From NCBI GenBank assembly GCA_001803315.1, contig MHBQ01000059.1, forward strand, positions 17,188-81,187: a stretch of DNA of 64,000 nucleotides. The letters are read 5' to 3'. The stretch's first letter is position 1, and each line of letters opens with the position of its first letter. Source of the stretch: Lentisphaerae bacterium RIFOXYC12_FULL_60_16. GTDB lineage: Bacteria; Verrucomicrobiota; Kiritimatiellia; UBA8416; YA12-FULL-60-10. Made by a program: the position numbers and the translations under genes. Of the stretch, positions 52,802 through 60,973 are shown in pieces. The notes below the pieces were generated by a model that worked only from the letters and a program-made list of their open reading frames with translations, was not told the DNA's origin and searched no databases.

Positions 52802-52971
52802 ACCGCCATCCCGGCCATGGTGCATCCGGCTGACCAAGACGCCCCAGCGATACGATGGTCCATTCATACGCTGGTTATCCCACCGCAACACACCGGTCTG
52901 GAATTGTTCCAATTATCCGTAGATCCGTCCTGTATCGCCCTCCCGCAACCCGGCGTAGCATGGTAGTCGTG

Positions 52972-53523
52972 ATGATCGAATCTCGCCCACATGCCATCGT
53001 TCCAACGGTCCTCCTCGTCGAGGACAATCCCGACGAACTTTCCGCTGACTGCCGCATCATTGGTTCCCGTTTCCCCGTCCTTTCGGCAACCTGCGGAAGT
53101 GACGCATTGTACTCCGCTCGCCAGGCGCTACCGACGGTCATTGTCCTCGATGTCATGATGCCCGGAAGGATGAACGGATTTGATTTCCTTCACGAACTCA
53201 GCACGGATCCGCTTACCCGCGATATTCCGGTTATCTTCCTGTCAGCGGCAAACCGCACCCGATACCTGTCGTTCAACATCAGGGAAATTGGCCGGCGTTT
53301 CGGGAACGAACCCGTCGCCTTTCTCGAGAAACCCGCTTCCCCCGAACGGCTTCTACAAGCCGTAACCGAAGCCTCGGTCGACGCGCTGGCCCGCAGCCCG
53401 CACAAAGGACACACACCCGATGACATCCACCATTCCCCGATTCAAGCCCGACAAAAGATGTTTCGCCATAGCCGGCAAACCTTTGTTGGTATAGGCTGGG
53501 GGCGTTTGCAGTCTTTTTTTTGA
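52972..53523 (+). CDS. Stand-alone response regulator receiver domain (paralogue of 37104-37553)
   Basis: LVEDN, LDVMMP, IPVIFLS, FLEKP; start uncertain. Confidence 0.82.
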   Translation: MIESRPHAIVPTVLLVEDNPDELSADCRIIGSRFPVLSATCGSDALYSARQALPTVIVLDVMMPGRMNGFDFLHELSTDPLTRDIPVIFLSAANRTRYLSFNIREIGRRFGNEPVAFLEKPASPERLLQAVTEASVDALARSPHKGHTPDDIHHSPIQARQKMFRHSRQTFVGIGWGRLQSFF

Positions 53524-53584
53524 TGTGCTATCCTTTTCCGTCGTGTATCCGCGTTTGAAGCGCAATACGCATGTCAGGAGCAGC

Positions 53585-54571
53585 ATGCAACAGGTGTTGG
53601 TGACAGGAGCCACCGGTTTTATCGGCATCGAAGTAGCCGAGCAATTGTGCCGTAAGGGGTTCAAGCCGCGGTTGCTCGTGCGAAGACCACACCGGGCAAA
53701 CTTCCTCCACGGCCTTCTTCCGGATGCCGAACTGATGCAGGGCGATCTGGAGGGTCCCCTCGGCTTGGCGCGCGCTGTGGAGGGCGTGGACACCGTCATT
53801 CACCTCGGCGCCCGGGCGGTATTCGAGGAGTACAAGCGGCTGCGTTCATCCATTGTCGACGGCTCTACGTTCCTTATGCGGGCCGCGGTAGCGGCAGGGG
53901 TCAAGACGTTCGTCTATGCAAGCAGCATGCTGGTCTATGGCGCGAACAGCGGTGTAATCGACCCCGGCACGCCGGTCGCCCCCATGACCGGCTACGGCAG
54001 GGCCAAGGTCGAGACGGAAGCGGCATTGCGAACCCTGGCGGAAGCGTCGGGGATGAACCTGGCCATCGTTCGGTTGCCGCACGTCTATGGAGCCAGAGAT
54101 TTTATCTTCGGACAGGTCCACCGTGGGCGGGTCATTCTCCCGGGCAGCGGGCGAAATCTGTTTTCACACCTGCACGTTCAGGATGCGGCGCGGCTATTGA
54201 TTGCCGCGGCGGAAAACGGCAGGCACGGGTCAAGTCCGGTGGCCGACGATCTGGCCGTGTCGTGGAACGACTTCTTCGACGAGATCAGGAATTACTATCC
54301 GCATTTCAGGCGGATCCGGATGCCCCGCTGGATGGCGTTGGCGGGAACCTGCATGCTGACACCGTTCCACCGCCTCAGTCGGCAGCCGTCCATGTCAACC
54401 CCACAGGCCGTTCGCGCGTGGAACATGACCCTGACGGTGAAGAAAGGCGTATTCTGGGATGAACTCGGATTGAAGCCCGACTATCCCACCATACACGAGG
54501 GGATTCCCGCCGTCATGGACGCTTGTCTTCAATTCCGCTGGATCCATTCCATCGACGATCATATCGCGTAA
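53585..54571 (+). CDS. NAD-dependent epimerase/dehydratase (extended SDR)
   Basis: VTGATGFIG, YGRAK, R...VYG; CAGGAG RBS. Confidence 0.88.
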   Translation: MQQVLVTGATGFIGIEVAEQLCRKGFKPRLLVRRPHRANFLHGLLPDAELMQGDLEGPLGLARAVEGVDTVIHLGARAVFEEYKRLRSSIVDGSTFLMRAAVAAGVKTFVYASSMLVYGANSGVIDPGTPVAPMTGYGRAKVETEAALRTLAEASGMNLAIVRLPHVYGARDFIFGQVHRGRVILPGSGRNLFSHLHVQDAARLLIAAAENGRHGSSPVADDLAVSWNDFFDEIRNYYPHFRRIRMPRWMALAGTCMLTPFHRLSRQPSMSTPQAVRAWNMTLTVKKGVFWDELGLKPDYPTIHEGIPAVMDACLQFRWIHSIDDHIA

Positions 54572-54761
54572 CACATTAAATCCAATACGCTTGTTTATGG
54601 TAGCATAGTCCGATATCGCATCACAGGCATCAATGCGTAATATAAATCGTAGTTTTGTCCCATGGCGATCGGCGTTGGTTGATATCACAATGGACCGGAA
54701 AATTGCGCGATAGAGGCAATTACGACAAGCCGGTTAATGAATAAAGAACGGGGAATCGCAC

Positions 54762-55661
54762 ATGAAGCTGGAAGACATATATCAGCCTATCGCAGGCGAA
54801 CTCCTGAACGTTGAACAGTTCATAAAAGAACAGTTGCGTCTTCTCTGCCGGCGCGATGATTTCGCGGACAAGGTTTTCCGTTCCTTTTTCCATGCACCGG
54901 GGAAAAAACTGCGCCCCAGCCTGGTTCTTTTGTCGGCATACACCCTGCAACAAAATAACACACCGGCATCCAGCGATACATCTTCCAGTTATCATCGTTT
55001 GATTGCGCTGGCCGCGATTACGGAGCTTGTCCATAGCGCCAGCCTGATGCATGACGATGTTCTGGATGAAGCATCCCTGCGCAGGGGACATCCCAGTCTC
55101 AATGCGCTGTTCGGGAACAAGGTCGCCATTCTCGCCGGAGACATGCTCTATTCCCAGGCCTTCGACCTTTTGGCGGAAATCGCCGGAGACCGAATTATCC
55201 GGCTTCTGGCCCAATGTGTCCGCAGAATGTGTCGAGGCGAAATTAGCAATTTGCAGGGACACGATTTCGGAGCGTACCGCGCCATCATCGAAGATAAGAC
55301 ATCTTCCTTCATGGCTTTCTGCTGCCAGGCCGGCGCATGGCTGGCCGACGCGCAGGGCGAAAATCCCCAACACATAGAGGCGCTTTCCCAGTTCGGCTTC
55401 TGCTTCGGCACGGTTTACCAGTTGGCGGACGACCTTGGAGATCAGGATGATGCGATCACCCTGGCGTGCCGGGACCAAGTCATTGATTTACTCGAAAAAT
55501 CCATCCGTCAGGCAGAATATCATTTACAGGGACTTCCTCCATCCGTTTACCGAACGAGCCTCGCCATGCTTCTGCAGTATGTCGTGTCCAAATCGGAACC
55601 CCTGGCCGAGAACGTGGCACTCCCGGTCGCCTCGATGGAACTGGTCGAACAACGTTGCTGA
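54762..55661 (+). CDS. Trans-polyprenyl diphosphate synthase
   Basis: GKKLRP, HSASLMHDDVLD...RRG, AILAGD, KT, QLADDLGD. Confidence 0.9.
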   Translation: MKLEDIYQPIAGELLNVEQFIKEQLRLLCRRDDFADKVFRSFFHAPGKKLRPSLVLLSAYTLQQNNTPASSDTSSSYHRLIALAAITELVHSASLMHDDVLDEASLRRGHPSLNALFGNKVAILAGDMLYSQAFDLLAEIAGDRIIRLLAQCVRRMCRGEISNLQGHDFGAYRAIIEDKTSSFMAFCCQAGAWLADAQGENPQHIEALSQFGFCFGTVYQLADDLGDQDDAITLACRDQVIDLLEKSIRQAEYHLQGLPPSVYRTSLAMLLQYVVSKSEPLAENVALPVASMELVEQRC

Positions 55662-55687
55662 CAAATTAATACAAGGAAATATAATCA

Positions 55688-56377
55688 ATGAAAATCCGGT
55701 TATCGCTGACATTTCTGGGGTTCCTTCTACTGACCCGGCTTCTTTCCGCCGAAACGCAAGACGTATCATCCTGCCGTATTGTCCTCGCACCCGGCAGCAA
55801 GCTCTGGCTGGATGGCGATTCCACGATCCACCGGTATGAAAGCGAAGCCTCCGTCATCCAGATCGATTCACAAGTGCCCTTGAATAAAGCAGTCGCCGAA
55901 TCCGGGAAAACACCTTCTGTCGACATCCTGATCCAGTCCACCACCGTAACGGTGTTTGTGCTGACCATTCCCGTCGAGAAGATGAAATCCGGCATCGTGG
56001 GCCTGGCCTCGCAAATGCATAAGGCGCTGAAACACAAGGCACACCCGAATATTGTTTTCCGGATGCGTAATTATCAGGCCCATCCAACGCAAGACACGGA
56101 AGACGCGGAAAATCTCTACACGATTACCGTCGAAGGTGATCTCACCCTGGCCGGCGTGACCAACCGCATCAGCGTCGAAACGCTCGGGGCCATAGAAGAA
56201 GATCGCCTCCATGCCACCGGGCAGAAAAACCTGCTGATGTCGGATTTCGGCGTTACTCCGCCAACGCTGTTCTTCGGCTCCATCAAGGTGGCTAACGAAG
56301 TGAATATTCACTGGGATCTGAACCTGACGCTTACGTCGGAAAGGAGCGATACTATGGCGCCTACCCCTCTGCCGTAA
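55688..56377 (+). CDS. YceI-family polyisoprenoid-binding protein, secreted
   Basis: Signal peptide; G.ST.H, P.I.F, G.LT.AGV, MSDFGV.PP, V...V.I...L. Confidence 0.82.
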   Translation: MKIRLSLTFLGFLLLTRLLSAETQDVSSCRIVLAPGSKLWLDGDSTIHRYESEASVIQIDSQVPLNKAVAESGKTPSVDILIQSTTVTVFVLTIPVEKMKSGIVGLASQMHKALKHKAHPNIVFRMRNYQAHPTQDTEDAENLYTITVEGDLTLAGVTNRISVETLGAIEEDRLHATGQKNLLMSDFGVTPPTLFFGSIKVANEVNIHWDLNLTLTSERSDTMAPTPLP

Positions 56378-56439
56378 GACAGGTTTGCGGCAGACCCCCG
56401 CGGAGTACTTTGAATTTATTGAACCACAAAAGAAAGTGA

Positions 56440-57762
56440 ATGAAAGCTATGAGCAAGAAGATGTTGATCGTGTTTGCGTTGGCGCTATTCCCGTTTCTGC
56501 CCGGTGTGACAAGACCTGCCCGGGCGTCGGAATTGACTGCGAAAAACCAGGATAGTACGGTAAATATCGATGGTCGACTTCAGATGCTTGCGGTTCTGGA
56601 GTCTCTCGACAATCACGGATGGAAAGACGATCAAAGATTGCTCCTCTTTTTAAAGCAGGCGCGTCTGAACTTGAATGGCGTCTACAATAACTGCGACTAT
56701 TCGCTGCAGCTGATGTTTGGAGGCGAAGAGCTTCCGAAAGCCAACAGCGTAATGTCACTGCTGGATGCGTATGTCAACGTTCCGTTCGTGGAGGATCTGT
56801 TTGAAGTGAAGGCCGGACAGTTCAGAGTCCCTTACGGTCGTGAACGGCTGTATGATTCTGGCGCCATGGTCAACACGGAACGTTCCATCCAGAATAACTT
56901 TTTCAACATTGGGCGCGATGTGGGTCTTGCGGCGCATACCAAGGCCGGCATTTTCTCCGGCGCATTGGGCGTTTTTACCGGAGGCGGCATCAACGTTCCC
57001 CAGCGATATATCCCCGAGGATCTTGGTGTTCCCATGCTGATCACGCGTCTGGGCGTCAATAAGGATTTGGACAAGGATGTGTTCACCCCTTACCAGAACA
57101 GCGATGAGGCATCTACCGGCGTAAAATATGCGGCCTATGTGAATGGCGCCTACACGGAAGATTCCCGCGTGGGGCACTCGACGCCTCTCAACGTCAAATA
57201 TTTTGACAAGTCGCTGATGCTGAACGCAAACTGGAATCCGTATATCGGAGCCGCGAATCAAAAGGCGATATTCTCACAGGTTGGCGTAGATGCCGCCGTC
57301 GAGATTCCGCTCTCCGAGAAAACGGACCTACGGCTGTCTGCCGAGGCGAATATCGCAAACTTCAAGAACGATGCTGGAAGCCTCGAAGCCATCGGCGGCG
57401 TGATTGGCGCAAACCTGATGATGAAGAATTGGGAATTGGGGCTTCGGTATGCCGTGGTCTCCCCCGATTCGAAATTTGCGTACACCCGCACGGACACCGA
57501 AACCGGCGAAAAAACCCTGTTCCCCATCACGGACAAGAACATTTCCGAAATCACACCCAGCGTGGTGTATTATGCGCGAAAGTTTGGGGCAAAGTTTATC
57601 GCGGATCTCGCCATTCAATTAGACGTTCCGATGGGAATAGAAAAAGACCATGGCCTGTACAACTTGATGCTACAGCCTGATTCAGTCAGCAATATCGCAA
57701 AGGGTGGCAAGGAATTGCAGGATGTATACGTGGCGCGGTTAATCGCTCAGTATGATTTCTAA
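56440..57762 (+). CDS. Outer-membrane porin (OprO/OprP-like)
   Basis: Signal peptide; ARL...G, LLDAYV, GQF.VPYGRE, RDVG; C-terminal Q.Y.F beta signal. Confidence 0.75.
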   Translation: MKAMSKKMLIVFALALFPFLPGVTRPARASELTAKNQDSTVNIDGRLQMLAVLESLDNHGWKDDQRLLLFLKQARLNLNGVYNNCDYSLQLMFGGEELPKANSVMSLLDAYVNVPFVEDLFEVKAGQFRVPYGRERLYDSGAMVNTERSIQNNFFNIGRDVGLAAHTKAGIFSGALGVFTGGGINVPQRYIPEDLGVPMLITRLGVNKDLDKDVFTPYQNSDEASTGVKYAAYVNGAYTEDSRVGHSTPLNVKYFDKSLMLNANWNPYIGAANQKAIFSQVGVDAAVEIPLSEKTDLRLSAEANIANFKNDAGSLEAIGGVIGANLMMKNWELGLRYAVVSPDSKFAYTRTDTETGEKTLFPITDKNISEITPSVVYYARKFGAKFIADLAIQLDVPMGIEKDHGLYNLMLQPDSVSNIAKGGKELQDVYVARLIAQYDF

Positions 57763-57779
57763 ATCGAAATAAAGAGACT

Positions 57780-57812
57780 CCTGGGGAGTCGGTCATGGAC
57801 CGGCTTCCCAGG
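57780..57812 (+). terminator. Strong hairpin after the porin gene (no U-tract)
   Basis: CCTGGGGAGTCGGTC-ATG-GACCGGCTTCCCAGG, 15-bp stem with G:U pairs. Confidence 0.4.
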
Positions 57813-58119
57813 GGAATCCGGTCCAGTCCGCGGCACGGTTGAAACAGATGGTAATGGTATAGCTTCGGGCGGGGTTACATGCAACGGCGGCTGAGCGCCG
57901 AAATCGGCGCCGCACTTTCGGTGCTGGCCGATACCGGGTACATCTTTCAACCGGCAACATGGTCTTGACTCGTGCCGCGTTCGTGCGCGGCGTTTCTGGC
58001 CCTTCCTTTACCGCTGTACATCTTGATATGGATCAATATCGTCAGTCACGGTGTCTGGGCCGTGGCTATTTTTGTGCTGTTCCCCGTGATGCAACCGGAT
58101 ACACTCCTTTGAGTCGCCA

Positions 58120-59640
58120 ATGACCACGGACGAACCAGCACATCCCCAGGGACGGGGCCGCTTGACGGAACGGTTTTGCGACGGATTAACCACGCAACCG
58201 ATCCCACGGTACGGCACGGTGCTGGTAACCGGGGCGACGGGATATATCGGGGGACGGTTGGTGCCCGAATTGCTCGATCGGGGATACACCGTGCGAGCCA
58301 TGGTCCGCGCGGCCTCCCCCGAACATCACGACCGCTGGCCAACGGCCGAGATCGTCGTCGCCGACGCCGCGAATCCCGCAACCCTCGACACCGCCCTGAA
58401 GGGCGTGCATACCGCCTATTACCTGATCCATTCCCTGCTCCTAGGACCCCGGCGCTTCGAGATCCAGGATTTGGCAAACGCCACGGCCTTCCGGAATGCC
58501 GCCGAACGGTGCGGCGTCAAGCGCATCATCTACCTGGGGGGGCTCGGCGATGTCCGCACGGTTCTTTCCCCGCACTTGCGCAGCCGGGTGGATGTGGCGG
58601 AAGCGTTGAAGCGGGGCGCAATTCCCACGACCATTCTCCGGGCGGCGATCATCATCGGATCCGGCAGCGCTTCCTACGAAATTGTCCACCACCTCGTACG
58701 GCGACTCCCGGTGATTGTCCTCCCCCGCTGGACCCTTACACGATGCCAGCCCATCGCCATCCGGGATATCATCCGATACCTGGTGGGAGTCCTGGAATTG
58801 CCCGGCACCGCCGGCGACTCATTCGATATCGGCGGCAACGACATCCTGACTTACGAGGACATGATGCGCACACTCGCCGGCATACTCGGCAAGCCTCGAC
58901 TGTTTATCCGCTCCCGCTTCAGCAGCGTCCATTTCTACGCCTATTTTGCCGGACTTCTAACCCCGGTTCCGGCGCCCATCGTCTGGAGCCTGATGGAGGG
59001 GCTCCGGAACGACGTCATCTGCCTGGACAACCGGATCGGCGCCATCCTGCCATTCCCCACCCTCTCCTACCGCGAAGCGATCGTGGAGGCCATGTCCAGG
59101 GAAGAACAGGATGCCGTACACACGCGCTGGTCGGACAGCTATCCGCCGGCCCACGAACTGGCCATCAAACTGCACGAGTTGAAACTGCTCCCGCGTTACC
59201 GGACCACCTACACCCTGGCAACCTCAAAACCGGACGCCTCGCTTTTTCGATCAATCTGCCACATCGGAGGAAAAGGGGGCTGGTTTCACGGCAATTGGTT
59301 GTGGCGCCTGCGCGGCATGCTCGACAGCCTGCTGATGGGAGTTGGAACCGCGCGCGGCAGACGGAGTTCTTCCTCCCTGCGCGTAAACGACGTCATCGAC
59401 TTCTGGCGGGTCGAATCGTTGGACCCGAACCGGCGGCTCCTGTTGCGCGCCGAGATGAAACTGCCCGGCCGCGCCTGGCTCGAGTTCCAGATCGATCCGA
59501 CCGGGGACCGCCGCCAACTCGGCGTGACGGCTTATTTCGACACGCAAAGCCGCTTCGGCCAAATCTACTGGTACCTCTTCCTGCCGTTTCACTGGTACAT
59601 CTTCGGCAACCTGATCCGCCGGATCGAGGAGAAGAGCTGA
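58120..59640 (+). CDS. YbjT-like SDR oxidoreductase with a C-terminal DUF2867-type domain
   Basis: VTGATGYIG, YYLIHS, HL.SR, IIGSGSAS.E, IGG..GW, DFWRVE, LRAEMKLPG.AWLEF, YWY...PFH. Confidence 0.88.
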   Translation: MTTDEPAHPQGRGRLTERFCDGLTTQPIPRYGTVLVTGATGYIGGRLVPELLDRGYTVRAMVRAASPEHHDRWPTAEIVVADAANPATLDTALKGVHTAYYLIHSLLLGPRRFEIQDLANATAFRNAAERCGVKRIIYLGGLGDVRTVLSPHLRSRVDVAEALKRGAIPTTILRAAIIIGSGSASYEIVHHLVRRLPVIVLPRWTLTRCQPIAIRDIIRYLVGVLELPGTAGDSFDIGGNDILTYEDMMRTLAGILGKPRLFIRSRFSSVHFYAYFAGLLTPVPAPIVWSLMEGLRNDVICLDNRIGAILPFPTLSYREAIVEAMSREEQDAVHTRWSDSYPPAHELAIKLHELKLLPRYRTTYTLATSKPDASLFRSICHIGGKGGWFHGNWLWRLRGMLDSLLMGVGTARGRRSSSSLRVNDVIDFWRVESLDPNRRLLLRAEMKLPGRAWLEFQIDPTGDRRQLGVTAYFDTQSRFGQIYWYLFLPFHWYIFGNLIRRIEEKS

Positions 59641-59800
59641 AAGGTTAACCTCCAATCCATAAAGATGAAGTAGACAATCATCATCAGAGAGGCATAACCT
59701 GCACATGCAGTACACGGAAGCATAGCCATTCGATGCGCTAAAGGAGTCCCCATGGTTAACACAATGCTGATTGCGGCGGTGGTGATCTTCGTTTACGTGA

Positions 59801-60937
59801 ATCTCGTTCATCTTCTGGCGCATCATCCGGCTTCCCGACGGCACCGCGTGGAGGTTCGGAGATGCGGCGGCACCGGCTTGCGACCTGCGGATCTGGAGCT
59901 ACCGTTTCTTCCCGCGGCTCGTATTCCACGGCGATATTGGATTCGGCGAAGCATTCACAGCCGGGGAATGGACCTCCAAGAACCTCGAAGCGCTTGTCAC
60001 GCTTCTGGCAAATAATATGTCCTCGCTTGACCCTGCGGCGATTAATCCGGGCCCCCTTAGCCGCTTTGCCCACCGGATACTCCACACCCGCCGACGCAAT
60101 ACGCCGCAGGGAAGCCGCCGCAACATCCATGAACACTATAATCTCGGCAACGACTTCTACTGCCTGTGGCTGGATCCTGAGACCCTGTTGTATTCCTGCG
60201 CGGTTTTCGAACGACCGGACCAGACACTGGCCGACGCGCAGATTGCCAAAATCCGGCGTGTCTTGGAGATGGCCGGAATTCGTCCGGAACACCACGTGCT
60301 GGAAATCGGCTGCGGCTGGGGCGGATTCGCGATCGAAGCGGTCCGCCTGACCGGTTGCCGGGTTACCGGCATTACCATTTCGGAAGCGCAACTCGAACTC
60401 GCACAAGCACGTGTACAGGCCGCAGGGCTGGCGGATCGGATCGAATTACGGTTGCTGGATTACCGCGATCTGGACGGGCGTTATGACCGCATCGTTTCCA
60501 TCGAGATGCTGGAAGCGGTCGGGCACGAGTATTTCGAATGCTTCTTCCGAAAATGCACCGGGGTGCTCAAGCCGGAAGGCCGTTTAGCCCTGCAGGTCAT
60601 CACCATCCCCCACGAGCGTTACGAGCCGTATCGGCGCAGTCCGGACTGGATCCAGAAGCATATCTTTCCCGGCGGGGTTCTGCCTTCGCGTGAAATTCTT
60701 GCCACGGCGATGGAGACCGCAGGGCTGCGCATCGGGCAGGCCGACAACATCGGCCAACACTATCCGCCCACCCTGCGCGCCTGGCGCGAGCAGTTCAATG
60801 CCCACGCCGCGGACCTGAGCCGTATGGGTTTCGACACCACGTTCCAGCGCAAATGGAACTACTACTTCGCGTACTGCGAGGCCGGATTCGCGACCGGGCA
60901 TATCGATGACTGGCTGCTCGCCTTGGTCCGCCGCTGA
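59801..60937 (+). pseudogene. cfa: Cyclopropane fatty acyl phospholipid synthase, 5'-truncated (first in-frame ATG at 60017)
   Basis: NI..HY.LGNDFY, YSCA.F, LEIGCGWG, SIEMLEAVG, IFPGG, W.YY..YCEAGF. The cfa-like frame extends up to a stop at 59798-59800 with no ATG/GTG/TTG before 60017. Confidence 0.75.
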
Positions 60938-60973
60938 AAACGGCTGGCAGGTGTGAGGGCACCCGTCCCCCCA

